A stretch of DNA of 64,000 nucleotides from Octopus sinensis. Its lineage: Eukaryota. Shown in pieces: positions 13,291-27,034 of the stretch. The position numbers and the translations under genes are program-made. Numbering within the stretch: the first letter of the stretch is position 1; every line of letters begins with the position of its first letter. The notes below the pieces were generated by a model. That model made no database searches. It was not told the DNA's origin and saw nothing but the letters and a program-made list of their open reading frames with translations. The stretch covers positions 183,644,001 to 183,708,000 of the forward strand of contig NC_042998.1 of NCBI RefSeq assembly GCF_006345805.1, given 5' to 3'.

Positions 13291-13789
13291 ATATTTTTAA
13301 TGTGTTTGTGCATGTCTATATTTGTTCATTTGTTTAACATCTATTTTCCCATCTTAGTATGGATGAGATGGAGGAGGTATCTGAGACGGGATGCTCTTTC
13401 TGTCACCTGGCTGGATACTCTTCCTGTTACCAACCCTTACTTGGTTTTCAAGTTATTTTTTTTTGTTATGTTCCAATGAAATTCTAAAATACAGAAACAG
13501 TGAACTAAGATGCAAACAATGACATTAATGGCCATAGTTGTAGCTCAGTATAGATTTGAAACATTCATTACAGGAGCGTAAATACATACACATGTGTGTG
13601 TGTGCCTGTATGTGCTCCTTTTAGTTTCTATTTACCAAAGTCTCTAACAAGGTATTGGTCAACCTGAGTTTTAGAGTTTTAGTAAAAGACACCCAAGGTG
13701 CTGCACAGAGGGAACAAATCCAAAGCTATGTGGTCAAGAAGCAAAGATCTTAACCACATAGCAATGCCTTATGTATATGTATGTATATA

Positions 13790-13975
13790 TATAGGGAAAG
13801 TTTACGAAAAAAACAAAAGACGAAGGCAGGTGGTGTACAAAACAAACAGATGTATTAGTATAACGCTCAGGAATAGAAAAAGTCTTTTACGTTTCGAGCC
13901 TATGCTCTTCTACAGAAAGGGACACAGAAAAAATAAGGAGAGAAAAAAAATGTGTGTAGTGGCTAATGATCTATC
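13790..13975 (-). mobile_element. Penelope pseudo-LTR-like repeat with degenerate hammerhead-like motif
   Basis: Minus strand ctgtagaa-gagc-atag-gctc-gaaac; relatives at 18895-19100 and 42395-42580. Confidence 0.5.
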
Positions 13976-14577
13976 ATATATGTATATATATGTATGTATG
14001 AATACATACACATGGCAGTATAAAAAAATTCCAGACATAATGACATAAAAAACCCAAAACTGATTATGATGTATTTCATTTAGGTTACATCATCAAAACA
14101 CTATTTAAGCTAAAGTCCACACAGTCAAAGGATTGTGAAGTTCAGCTTTCTCTAAGTAACAACAAAATAATCAAATAAGAGACAATAACTCTCAGCTCAA
14201 CAATTTAAAACAATGGAAGAGGAAGTGTGATGTCTGCATGTAAACTTTACAGTCACTTCCAGAGTGATGAGGTCAAATTAGTTGTTGAACTTGTATAGAT
14301 TGATGAGGAGGAAGTCAAACAATATTGTTTTATTACTTCCCCTTTTTTTCAGGCTAACTAGCATGTTTACTAATATATGTGTATAGTACATGTCGTGCAT
14401 GTACAGTGTCACTCATAGTAGAAATGTTTGATGACATAATAGTTGATCTTTCAGCTAGTGACTGTTTTAGTGGGCCTTTGATCGGTTTACAGTTCAATTT
14501 ACATCCATTTTGATAAATATACAACTATCAGCTATTAGATTTTATCAAATAATCCCTTATATAATTTCAAAAATAAA

Positions 14578-15005
14578 GGATCTTTTCGGTTTCAACGGCA
14601 GTTTTTTCTAGCGATGTCATATGAAATTGTCACCCATAATTATGACCCTAGTATAGATCTATTGCATTTCAATCTGTTTTAGGGTTAGGGTTAGAGTTAG
14701 TAAGGGGTAGGGGTGGGGGGAAGGGTATCTTTTTTTCTTCAGAAATGTAAATAAATCCAATCTGTTTCTTTAAACAAGGGACATATTCAAACGGCACAGA
14801 ATGTTTTCACCTCAATAGACGGTCATTGAGTGGTTGAAATTGCAGAAAAAAAACCCAACAAATATCTTACAAACTATAGAATTTTCTCAATAAAGCCAAG
14901 AGAAAAAGATGTTTTATAAACACATTCTACCAGTATACGAAGTTTAAAAGTGTTTAGTTATCTGGAAATTATTTTAAAAAACTGCCAGTCAAACCAAAAA
15001 GATCC
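14578..15005. mobile_element. TIR MITE carrying internal TTAGGG repeats, copy 1
   Basis: TIR ggatcttttcggttt...aaaccaaaaagatcc; inverted sister at 46519-46926. Confidence 0.85.
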
Positions 15006-15832
15006 AAATCATATAATTGAAAAATAATTTGAGCCTGTTGTTGTTATTTAGACTAAAGTCAGATCCAACAGAGCAGACCTATGACCAAGAATATTTCAGC
15101 TGTGACCATCCTATGTCTTATTTAGAGAATGTATGTTTCAGCTGTGACCATCCTGTGTTTTAGATAGTGTATCTGTAATTACATCACCCAAGGTGGTATT
15201 CCATTTTTTTTCTGTTTCATTTTTTTCTTAAGATAGAGAAAGAAAAGGAAGGAAATGATTTGAGAGAGACTAGGCTGCTTTTTCTACCAAGCTCACTAAC
15301 TGTGTAGAGGCTTTTTTTCTTGGTTTTGTATATTGAGTACTTTATTCAATAACCATACACTTGAGACAGATTTATGCAATTTTATGTTCCATAGAAATCA
15401 TTTTTTTCTTTCTGTAGTGCATTTTGTATTCAAACTAAATCATTATACTCAATATTTTTTTGAAATTAAAAGACAGCCAGACTTTACAGACTAACTATTA
15501 TAGCTCTGAGCTGACCAGTATATAAAAAAAAAAAGCATCTAAGACATGCTATAAAGTGATCAATGTTAGGAAGAATATCCAGCTGTAGAAATCATTCCAA
15601 AGTAGACACTATAGCAGGATGCAAATCTTTTGATAATTGGATCATTGTCAAATCATCCAATCTATGCCAAAATAGGACATGGACATTAAATGGTGATAAT
15701 ATCTGTGTGTGTGTGTGTGTGTGTTTGTCTCCCACATTTCCTCTGTTTGACAACAAGTATTGGTTTGTTTTTATATTCCCATAACTTAACAGTTTGGCAA
15801 AAAAAACTGATGAAATAAATACTAGACTTTAA

Positions 15833-16054
15833 CCCTTTTGTTACTGTATTTATTTTGAGATGCTCTGTGTTTCTTTCAATCAATTTTAAATATAACAAAG
15901 AATTTAGTAAAATAACTTATTTATCATTAAGCTAATGTTAGGTACATAAATTGTGACTAAAGTTTGGTGGAAGATTTTAATTCAAAACTTACGAAAACAA
16001 GACATTTGTACTACAGAGCCAGAGCTGGTTTCAGCCGGGTTGGTCTCAAAAGGG
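15833..16054. mobile_element. piggyBac-like MITE nested in a SINE A tail
   Basis: TTAA|cccttttg ... caaaaggg|TTAA. Confidence 0.8.
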
Positions 16055-17371
16055 TTAAAACAATAAGTACTGGGGGGGGGGTGTATTTATTTGGCTAAAA
16101 ACTCTTCAAAGCGATGCTCCAGCATGACCGTGGTCCATTAAATGAAACAAGTAAAAGATATAGATACTATTTTTTCTAGAAAAACAAAAAAAAAAAAAAT
16201 GCAGAGAGCTATTGGATAGACAATGATGTTTCAGTTACATAATGAGATGGTCATGGTTGGATAATCTCTGATCATCATAAATCTATTATTCAATCAAAAT
16301 TGACATATGGCAAAAACAGCAGACTTTTTCAAACTGAGGAATTTCTAAAATTGTAACAGTTCGAAAGACAGAACTCAGCCGCTACCAACCAACGTAGACA
16401 AGGATTAAATCAATAGCATCATATATTTACTATTTCAGGTATTCCTGCACGGCGTGTTTGAGTTTGCTTCTACTTTAATAATTTCATATTTTGATTAGAT
16501 ATCTTCTGTAGTATCTTCTTGTAGATAACCCACTTTCTTGACCTGTACTCTTATTTACACGAAAAATATATTCTGGCTGCACACTTTCAATTTAAATTAA
16601 ATCATTTTTCTTTTTAAATATTTATAGATAAAAAGAAGAATATTAATATTTTAAATAAAATTTATGTAAGATGTCCCAATTTTATTTTGTAAATAATTGT
16701 GTTATACATGTCTTGTATGTGTGTATATATGCATATATACACATATAGATGTATACACTCCTACGTATCATCATCAGTGCTTTTTATGCCTGCTTTTTCT
16801 CTGCTGTTGGACAAGCAATTTATAAAAATACAATTTAACGATTTTAAATAAAATCTATAAGTTGTCCCAATTATATTTCATGTATATGTGCATATGCACA
16901 CACACACACATACACACACACGAGAATAAGGTTCTGCCATAGACATTTGAAAGCTTCAATTACACACAAATATACACACATATATTACACACACATGCAC
17001 ACATATATTACACACACATCACTATCATTGTTTTTATATCTGCTTTCTAATACTTGTATGGGTTAGACAAGATGTTGTATGACAGTATCTCTAGAGCTGG
17101 ATGCCCCTCCTAAAGCCAGCACTTATTTATTCTTTTATTCTTTTGCTTATTTAGTCATTTGACTGTGGCTATGCTGGAGCATCACCTTAAAGGGTTTTTT
17201 TCAAAGAAATCGACCCCAGGACTTATTCTTTGTAAGCCTAGTACTTATTCTATTGGTCATTTTTTGCTGGACGGCAAGTTTCAGGGACGGAAAAACACCA
17301 ACATCGATTGTCAAACAATGGTAGGAGGATAGACACAAAGACACATACATACATAAATATATACATATATA

Positions 17372-18010
17372 TGAGGTCTGATCAATAAGTATCAGGACTG
17401 TTGCCACTGGAACGAAGCTAAAGCATGCAGAGTGAAGCCACTTGGAACAGATTGACCTTGAACTCTGTTGTGCATGCACACCAAGTTTTAACGTTCTAGC
17501 TCATTTCCACTGTTTACAGCAGTGCTTGGAAGGAAGGTGTGTAGCATGTAATCGTCGCATTGATCATAACAGAGAAAGTTGTCAGGATGATACCTGCTCA
17601 GAGACCTATGCAAAGTTGCAGAAAGTGTATGGAGAGGAGTGTATGAGTTGCACACAAGTGTATGAATAGTTCAGACGTCTCCAAGATGGTTGAAAAAATG
17701 TTGATTTGGACAAAAGTTCTGGGAGACTTGCAGTCAGCAGAAGTGAGAAAAAACATTGCAGATGTGCATGCAGCTGTGAGGGGAAATTGTCGAATTACCA
17801 TCTGTGAATTATCAGAGGATATGCAGATTAGTTACAGATCACTTCAGTTCATTATCACTGAAGATTTAGGTATGAGACGTGTATGTGCCAAGTTTGTGCC
17901 ACAACTGCTTCCAGCTGACCAAAAAGACACTTGGGGTTTCAGTTGTACAAGATTTCCTTGATTGTGTTGAGACTGATGAAAACTTTTTGAAAACTTTGCA
18001 TAGGCCTCTG
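17372..18010 (+). mobile_element. mariner transposon remnant (5' TIR and N-terminal HTH region)
   Basis: tgaggtctgatcaataagtatc TIR; ETYAKLQKVYGEECMSCTQVYE; ITICELSEDMQIS...LGMRRVCAKFVPQLL. Confidence 0.9.
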
Positions 18011-18587
18011 AGCCAGTATCACCAAACTTTTGGCAACATTTTTCTGCTGAACTTTCTCTGTCATTAATGTACACACACGCACACACACATACAAACACAT
18101 ACATGCAATGCATACATTACACACATATATTAATGCATAACATGCAGTGCAGATACATAAGTACACATAGTACATAGGCATATATGCATATGTAACATGT
18201 GCAAACATAATATACACACATGCATAATACTTAAGCAGAAGTTACACACACACACACACACATGGATATATAACATACGAGTACATATGTACATACACAA
18301 TACACTTACAATAAATATATATATGCAGGCATAATACACCCATGTACACACACACACACACTTTTATTCTTTAACTAGTTTCAGTGATCTGAAAATAGCT
18401 ACACCAGGGAATCCTCTGCTCTGTAACAACTTTAGTCAGTTACATCAACCAAGTTAGCATGGATTTCGGTCCTGGCATTTATTTCTTTGCTCTTTATTTA
18501 TCAAATGACTAAGTTTGACTGTAAGGTGGTGTAAAGTGACACAACTTGCTGCACCCTTTTACAGTGCATGTAAGTGAATGTGTGTAT

Positions 18588-18618
<31 letters not shown>

Positions 18619-18621
18619 TCC

Positions 18622-18668
<47 letters not shown>

Positions 18669-18723
18669 TCCATGTAGACACACACATACATATATGCAGA
18701 CACACACACATATGCATACACAT

Positions 18724-18754
<31 letters not shown>

Positions 18755-18755
<1 letters not shown>

Positions 18756-18865
18756 CATCATCATCGTTTAACGTCCCTTCTCCGTGCTAGCATGGGTTGG
18801 ACGGTTCGACCGGGGATCTGGGAAGCCAGAAGGCTGCACCAGGCTCCAGTCTTATCTGGCAATGT

Positions 18866-18902
<37 letters not shown>

Positions 18903-19480
18903 ATCCAAACAAGAAAACACAAAAAAAACACAGCAACGCAAGGATGTGGAACAAATAAAGTATTATTGGACGCTCAGGAAAGAAGGGAAGGAGGGTTTAA
19001 TGTTTCGAGCGGAGCTCTTCGTCGGAAACAAAGGAGAAGGAAAGATCCCGAGAAGGGAAGACAGAGGAAAAAAAATTTCTGGCGGTGCTCACGAGATGCA
19101 CATAAATACATGTACACATACACACACAGATGTACATATATATATATATAATCATCATTTCACGTCCATTTTCCATGTTGGTATGCATTGGAGCCCAGGA
19201 TCCAATTGTCTGATTTAGCATGTTTTCTACAGCTGGATGCCCTTCCTAATGTCAGTCACTTTACGGAGTGTACTGGGTGCTTCTTACATGGCACCAGTAT
19301 AGTTGCTTTATATGTGGCACCAGCATGGGTGCTTTATTATGTGACACTAGTATGGGTGATTTTATATGTGGCACCAGCACAGATGCTTTTTACATGGCAC
19401 TGATATGGGTGCTTTTTACGTGGCCCCAAACAGGTGCTTTACTATGTGGCACCAGCATCCATGTATTTCCAAATCAAGGA
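18755..19480 (-). mobile_element. Cluster of RTE 3'-UTR repeats plus PLE-LTR-like repeat among microsatellites
   Basis: catcatcatcgtttaacgtcc tails; tandem tttatatgtggcaccagca units at 19290-19460. Confidence 0.7.
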
Positions 19481-19891
19481 CCTCTTGGATGACAGAGGGA
19501 CATGCCTGTATGTATAGATAGCCATGATTTTAATTAGCATGATATTTCTTTTCAAGCACAGCAAATCGCCAGAAGTCTCAGTTCCACCTGATGTTATCAA
19601 TTGGTTTCCCAGTGGGTACTAAAACTAGATGGTAGATAACAGCATAGTTAAGTAATACTGCTTGCTCTTCAGAGATGGCAGGTATGGAATATATATATAA
19701 GTTCAGCAAAAATTTAGATTCAAATGAATATGGTACTTAATTTAGATGCACCAGAATTCTGTATGGTGTTATCCATAAAAATCCTTGGGGTGATTATAAT
19801 CAAAATAAGCAACAAGAATTACCGGAGTCATTCTTGTTGCTTATTTTGATGTGTGTGTATATATATATATATATATAATATATAATATATA

Positions 19892-19928
<37 letters not shown>

Positions 19929-20586
19929 ACTCAAAGAAATTCCAACTTTGTTGATTTTCACATCTTATAATAATATAAGATAATATGGTATAATGAAATG
20001 ATAGAATATTAAATGTCTATTCTGAGTGAACTAGTACTTTCATGCATTAAACTATGCAATCTTCAGGTTCATATAGTAGTGGTAACAGTTATGTTTTATA
20101 ATCTACAATTGTAGTGAAATGGTTAAAATGTTTGCCATAAATACATTTGTATGGCTCCAAAATGTTAAGTTTTGCAAACTGTATTCTGACCAATCAGTGT
20201 GTGGCTTTATTAAATTACTTCAGTTGACTGGTGTTTGGTTTAGATGTCATGGTTTGTTGAACATGTCAAGAGACCTGTATTTTGACCCTGGCCAAAGCAG
20301 TGATTATTTGGCTATTTTTAGAAATGTTGAAAACAACATTTCCCAGGGATCTTTACATTTTGATTATCATCATCACCTTTATTATTGTTGTTGTTATTGT
20401 TGGTGGTGGTGGTAGGAGTAGCTGTGGCAATAGAATCTTACACCTAAAATAAGATTATTTTTACTGACTTTTCCCTTGACTTAGCTGGTATTTTCCTGCT
20501 ATCAAAATCATGAGAACATTTGGTATTGTTGTTGCTAGTGGTAGTTGTAGTGGTCATAACAATAGAAATTATGCGTCTAAGTATTA

Positions 20587-20905
20587 CTAATATTGCTTAT
20601 TTAGCTTGGGTTGGAATTTATTAATAAAGTTCTTTTCTCCGATTTTTCTTTGGATTTCTCTTGGACTGTGTAGTTTGTGAAATGGAAATATTATAAATAT
20701 CTTCCAACCACATGTTAATAGATGGTTACTCAAGGGTATCTGATGGACATCTGGATCTCTTATTTGCTGTTGGTGCACACATGAATGTTCTGATAGGGTA
20801 TTTCCAGTCTGACCACATATAGTTCTTCGCAATTCAGGCATTTGATGATGCAGTAAATTAAATTTCTGCTTTTGCAGTTCATATTTGCATTTGCGAATAT
20901 TTTTC
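20587..20905 (-). mobile_element. Penelope-like element GIY-YIG endonuclease remnant
   Basis: CGQTGNTLSEHSCVHQQQIRDP...IFPFHKL...EKNFINKFQPKLN. Confidence 0.85.
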
Positions 20906-20919
20906 TGGTTTTGTGCTTA

Positions 20920-21335
20920 CCTTGGATCGTAGGGTGACCTGCTGTGCTTGAGGAGACCTATTGAGTCAAGTACATCAACATCAAAAAATCAAATGGAAAT
21001 TGTAGTTGTGATACCTGTGCTGGTGGCATGTAAAAAGTACCATCCGAACGTAGCTGATGCCAGCGCTGCCTTGACTGGCTTCTGTGCTGGTGACACATAC
21101 AAAGCAACTACCGATCATGGCCGTTGCCAGCCTCGCCGGGGACCTGTGCCAGTGACACGTAAAAAGCACACACTACACTCTCGGAGTGGTTGGCATTAAG
21201 AAGGGCATTCAGCTGTAGAAACACTGCCAGATCAGACTGGAGCCTGGTGCAGCCTCCTGGCTTCCCAGACCCCGGTTGAATTGTCCAACCCATGCTAGCA
21301 TGGAAAGTAGACGTTAAACGATGATGATGATGATA
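20920..21335 (+). mobile_element. RTE 3'-UTR-derived repeat
   Basis: Close match to 39035-39470; (GAT)n tail. Confidence 0.8.
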
Positions 21336-21867
21336 TTGGCTGGTATGTATGAATTGGCATGTGCCACATTGGCTATCATTCCATTCAGATACAGTGAATG
21401 ATTGGTCTTTGTTGCTAAGGTCAAACTTTGCCTTTGTTAATAATTTTTTACACATACACATACTTATATACATATATTTGCATATATAAACTGGGTTTGC
21501 TGGGTTTCAGCACAGTTTTGAATTACTAAATTTCCCTCACAAGGTATTGGTCAATCTAGGAAGTTGCTAAACCAGTGGACAGACTGCTTCATGGTATTTA
21601 TTCTGATTATATTAGCTCCGAGTTCAAATGCTTCTTTATTGACCCTGAAAAGATGATAGTCAAAGAATGAATTTTGTCTTTCATCATTTTGGTGTCAATA
21701 AAAAGAGTATGTGACTTGGGTGCCATGTGACATGGGTGTATCTACATGTGCTGGTGTCACATATAAATCACTCATACCGGTGTCACAAAACTGCAAGAAA
21801 ACTGGATCAGATGCACTGTGGTATTTGTTCTTGACCTTTGCATTCAGAGTTCAAATCCTAATTGTGT

Positions 21868-21910
<43 letters not shown>

Positions 21911-22271
21911 GCGTGCGTGCGTGCGTGCGTGCGTGCGTGTGTGCATGAGGGGGGATCTGGTACCTTGGGTGACTTTAGTCTGTTAGAAGCATTCAGACCA
22001 GATCTCTAGTTTGATAATATCTTTAACTGTCTTTCTTTCCTACAAATATCAGGCAGTCTGATAATGGATCACAAGCACTACCTTCCCACATGACTAAAAG
22101 ATTTAAAAAAGATATTTAAGTCTACAGCAGTCTTAAATGGTAAGACCACTGCAGTAAGTAATATTTAAGTGCAAGTATTTAAGACGCATACTCATGTTGT
22201 GCAACTGGGATTGAACCTAGAACCACATAGTTGCATACTTCTTAACCACACAGCTATGTACTTACATATAT

Positions 22272-22675
22272 ACTCTTTTACTTGTTTCAGTCATGTGACT
22301 GCAGCCATGCTGGAGCACTGCCTTCAGTTGAGCAAATCAACCCTAGGACTTATTCTTTGTAAGCCTAGTACTTATTCTATCGGTCTCTATTGCTGAACTG
22401 TTAAGTTATGATGACGTAAACACACCAGCATCGGTTGTTAAGCAATGTTGGGGGAAAACAAACACAGACACACAAACATATACATACACATACATGTATA
22501 TACATATATATGATGGGCTTCTTTCAGTTTCTGTCTACCAAATCCACTCACAAGTCTTTGGTTGGCCCGAGGCTATAGTAGAAGACACTTGCCCAAGGTG
22601 CCACGCAGTGGGACTGAACCCGGAACCATGTGGTTCGTAAGCAAGCTACTTACCACACAGCCACTCCTACACCTA
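22272..22675 (-). mobile_element. SINE family A
   Basis: Full-length reverse copy. Confidence 0.9.
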
Positions 22676-22688
22676 TATATATATATAT

Positions 22689-22995
22689 GTGGAGGCGAAA
22701 TGGCCTAGTGGTTAGGGCAGCGGACTCGCGGTCGCAGGATCGCGGTTTCGATTCCCAGACCGGGTGTTGTGAGTGTTTATTGAGCGAAAACACCTAAAAG
22801 CTCCACGAGGCTCCGGCAGGGGGTGGTGATCCCTGCTGTACTCTTTCACCACTCTTTCTCCTACTCTTTCTTCTGTTGGCCTGCTCGCTTAGCCAGCGGG
22901 GTGGCGTCATTCAAAGGCTAAAACAATGCGAACGCATTGTGACCAGCGATGTTGAACAACATCTGATGGTCTGGTCGGTCACATGATCACGTGAT
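22689..22995 (+). mobile_element. SINE family B (tRNA-Arg-like head, OR-type), tail variant 1
   Basis: ggcgaaatggcctagtggttagggcagcggactcgcggtcgcaggatcgcggtttcgattccc (A/B boxes, TCG anticodon-like). Confidence 0.85.
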
Positions 22996-23150
22996 ATATA
23001 TATATATACATTAAAGCATACACATGCGCACACAGCTTAAACTTATTGTAGAATATATTCCTTATGAATTAGTCATCCAACAAATTTAGGGCGTGCACCA
23101 ACCTAAATAAATCTTTCTTTTCTGTGTTTTTTTTAAAAATAATTTTCATT

Positions 23151-23231
23151 CTATTGGTGACCTTCCAAACTTTGTTCTGTTCCACTCAGGAACTCATATG
23201 AATCATTATCTTTCTTGATGATCAAAATCTT
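23151..23231 (-). other. Candidate exon (KILIIKKDNDSYEFLSGTEQSLEGHQ*)
   Basis: atgatttttacag| acceptor; phase 0, 112 nt downstream of the 23344-23382 donor. Confidence 0.2.
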
Positions 23232-23343
23232 CTGTAAAAATCATTATAAATATTTTACCAGTTGAATAAAAATTAAAAAAAACCAATGAAATAAAATAAA
23301 AATGTAGATGTCTACCAGACCTCAGGGGTAGAAATGTACTTAC

Positions 23344-23382
23344 AAAGACTAAGTAACACTTCATACATACAACAGTCAGATT
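23344..23382 (-). other. Candidate 39-nt microexon (NLTVVCMKCYLVF)
   Basis: atttatctccag| ... |gtaagta. Confidence 0.25.
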
Positions 23383-23789
23383 CTGGAGATAAATTCAATG
23401 TAGTATTTTTGTTCCCTTACAAAAACTTCTTTCTGAAGCCAGTCAAATAATCATTCTGTCATACGGAGCAGGAAATGGCATTGGTACCAGCGTTTTTATG
23501 CCTGTTTTTTAATTGTTGACATGGGTTAGGCAAGAGTTATTGAGGCAGTATTCTAAGGCTGGATGCCCTTCCTGTTGCCAAGCCTTATTTGCTTTCTTCA
23601 AGTAAGGTATTTTTTCTCACTTGGTCTTTGTGAAACTAATGAGGTTCAAGACAATATTGTTTACAGGAGATGTAAACACTGACACTGTTTCCATTCAAAT
23701 GGTGACAATGTGAAGACATGGAGAAACACACACACCCACATGTATATATACTTGAGTATCTATACCAACAGAAATATGTATGCACACTG

Positions 23790-24195
23790 GGTGTAGGAGT
23801 GGCTGTGTAGTAAGTAGCTTGCTTACGAACAACATGGTTCCGGATTCAGTCCCACTGCGTGGCACCATAGGCAAGTGTCTTCTGCTATAGCCTCGGGCCG
23901 ACCAAAGCCTTGTGAGTGAATTTGGTAGACGGAAACTAAAAGAAGCCCATCGTATATATATATATATATATATATATAAATATATATGTATATGTATATG
24001 TGTGTGTATATGTCTGTGTGTCTGTGTTTGTCCCCTCAACATCGCTTGACAACCGATGTTGGTGTGTTTACGTCCCCATAACTTAGCGGTTCAGCAAAAG
24101 AAACTGATAGAATAAGTATTAGGATTACAAAGAATAAGTCCTGGGGTCGATTCGTTCGACTAAACAAATGACTGAAACAAGTAAAAGAGTAAAAA
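23790..24195 (+). mobile_element. SINE family A
   Basis: Near full-length copy. Confidence 0.9.
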
Positions 24196-25387
24196 AGTCT
24201 CCGCCTATCAAATTTCCCTCATAAAACAGGTTATAGAAGACACTGACCCAAGGTGTCATGCAGGGGAATGTAACCCAAAACCAAAATCAAAACCTACCGA
24301 CAAATGTATACATACATTTACCTAATCGAAACAATGAATATGTATCTATATGGTCACTCCAAATCTTTCTCAAGTTGCACCTTTCTGCCTTCTAAAGCGG
24401 AAAAATATATTCAATAATGTTATCTGAGATAAATTACATGTAAAAAAGGCTTGATGGTCCCAATTAAAATCATCGTTATCATCATTTTTCACCTGATTTT
24501 CAATGCTAGCATGAGTTAGATGAAACCTTTCAAGGCAGTGTTTTATGGCCAGATGATCTTCCTGTTAACTCTTTCAATTGTTTTTTTATGACACAAAGGG
24601 GTATAATGTACCTATTGTATAGACTGAATACAAAGGGTTGCCTTTGATAATAGATCTGTTTAACCTGGGATTATCAGGGACTAAATAACAACTGAAATTT
24701 ATATAGGTGGTATAAATTTAAGTTCCGCTGAGGTCGACTTTGCCTTTCCTCCTTTCGGGGTCAATTAAATAAGTATCAGTTACGCATTGGGGTCAATATA
24801 ATCAACTTAATTCATTTGTCTGTCCTTGCTTGTCTTCTCTGTGTTTAGCCCGTTGTGGGTAGTAAAGAAATAGGTATTATAGATTTAAGTTTACTGATTA
24901 TATCAAAACTGAGAGTCACAATGCATGAATTTTCAACATTCTATTTTCAATATTTTAACAATAGCAGATTCCAGAACTCCTTGTTGTTGGGATGATTAAA
25001 GAAATAATCAAAAGATTTGGTAAACCATAAGATCTTCCACTTCATGGAAACTGTAAAAAGACTTTAAAACGTTTAACTGTTTTTATTTGTACATCTTTTT
25101 TTCATTCTTTTAAATATTTTTGCCTTTGTTTCATTTTATAGGTTTTTACCTATAAAGGGATCTGGTTTAGCTTACTGGCTTTACATGGACTCTTAGATTG
25201 ATTAAATAATTAATTTGATTAAATAAATAAATAACTATATAAGTGATAGAGGCATAACAGGAACTTATTTTATTGACCTCATAAGGATGAAAAGCAGTCA
25301 ACCATGTCAGAGTTTGAATATACACAGCCAGAATAAGAACCACAAGGCATTTTGCCCAATACTAATGATTCTGCCAATCCACCATCC

Positions 25388-25437
<50 letters not shown>

Positions 25438-25451
25438 TAATAATAATAATA

Positions 25452-26002
25452 AATGCCCTGATGCAGTACCAGGCAGTGGCTCTCATGGCTAGCTGATCTT
25501 AACTGATTGGAAGTGTTATCATGTACAGTGTTTTGTCTTGGTATAAAAGATGGGCTACAGCAAATATTCGGCACAATACCATAGATTTGCTTGTCAGTTG
25601 TTTAACCTTAACCAATTGAGCATGTCCCTTAATGGCTGATGATATGTGCATCTCTGATCAGGAGCAGAAGTAGTGGGGGAGCATCATAGCCATGTGTTGA
25701 GAGGAATTCTTTGAAGTTTGAATAATTCACCTCTGGAAACATGGGTGGTTCATTCAACATCCTTAAACAACCCTTATTCAGGAACCTTCTGAGCAGGATG
25801 GGTTACTTGACCAGAAGAAAATGGGCCTCACCTGCAAGGTCATGTGCTGTTTATCTTGATATGAGATTACCATGTTGTGCACGTATGGTTGTGATGCACG
25901 TGCCTAGCGTACCTCTATCAGATGGGTAGAAATGATGGGTACACCAGGCTTCGTATATTTTACCCCAGCGTCACTTTGATGGCATGCACTGCTCTTTCAC
26001 TC
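25452..26002. mobile_element. Non-coding interspersed element embedded in (TAA)n
   Basis: Complex 550-bp sequence bounded on both sides by long (TAA)n tracts. Confidence 0.55.
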
Positions 26003-26041
<39 letters not shown>

Positions 26042-26299
26042 TTTTACAATTATAGGCACAAAGGCCTAAAATTTTGTGGGAGAGGGCTAGTTGATTAAAT
26101 CAACTCCAGTGCCCCACTGATACTTATTTTATTGACCCCAAAGTGATGAAAGACAAAGCTGACTTCAGCAGAATTCGAACTCAGAAGATGCAAAGCTGGA
26201 ACAAATACCATAACGCATTCTGTTTACCATTAATGATGTGGCCAATCCACCACCCTCAGTCATACAGCAAATACAGAATCAGTGTGAAAGGAAATGAAA

Positions 26300-26802
26300 G
26301 TATTAACTGTCTCTTGAGTGAAACAATAAACTAGTACAAAAAGAGTATAAGTGCAGTCATGACTGTGTAGGTAAAGGAGTTCATTAGAATGTCAGCTAAG
26401 CATGTGAATTTAATGTAGTGAGACTGTGATAGAGAATAATGATTACAGGTTTTTAAAGACTGGTTATACTATTGAAGCAAGACGACCAGATATGATTATA
26501 AAGGGCAAAAAGAGAAACAAACTTGTGCAAGATCATAGACTTTGCAGTGATATATGATAAATAGAGTGAATATCAAAGATATTGAGAAAATAGAGAAATA
26601 TCAAGACCTAGCCAAAGAGATGAAGAGACTGTGGAAGATTAAGACAACAATTATTCCTATGGTAATGGAGATACCTGACATGACACCCAGGCTGATGCTT
26701 AACAGGTTGAAAGATATTGGAATTGAGATTTGCACCGTCAACTGGCAGAAAAATGCCACCCTATACTCTGCAAGAATCTCAAAGAAGTTCCTTGAAATGT
26801 GA
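26300..26802 (+). mobile_element. R4/Dong-like non-LTR remnant (restriction-like endonuclease domain)
   Basis: IEARRPDMII...IIDFAV...KIEKYQDLAKEMKRLWKIKTTIIPMV (PD..D..K-Y..L motif). Confidence 0.85.
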
Positions 26803-27034
26803 GGAGACCTATCACCAAAACCTTATGGCATCATCCCTGCTAACTGATATAGCATGCAATGGTTTGAATAATAATATTTTTTCTAACTTTGGTTCAAGGC
26901 CAGCAACTTTAGAGGGTAGAGGAGCAATTTTCAGGGGAATAATCCCAGTACTTGACTGGTATTTTATTTTATCAATTCCAAAGCTGATCTAGGCAGGATT
27001 TGAACTCAGAGGAATTCCCTCGATTTTCTCTTTG

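Noticed and set aside
18130-18790. CVCV/HTHT/YIYI ORFs (here and throughout)
   Set aside because: Dinucleotide microsatellite translations.
19290-19460. Regularly spaced repeats resembling a CRISPR array
   Set aside because: Degenerate tandem units of a retroelement UTR with no unique spacers and no cas genes; eukaryotic context.
21964-22093. Minus-strand AG/GT-bounded segment
   Set aside because: Stops in all three frames and a weak donor.
22689-22770. tRNA-Arg-like gene (also about 54425-54503 and 62547-62620)
   Set aside because: Continues into a SINE body, no matching acceptor stem or terminator, and one copy has TSDs; SINE heads rather than tRNAs.
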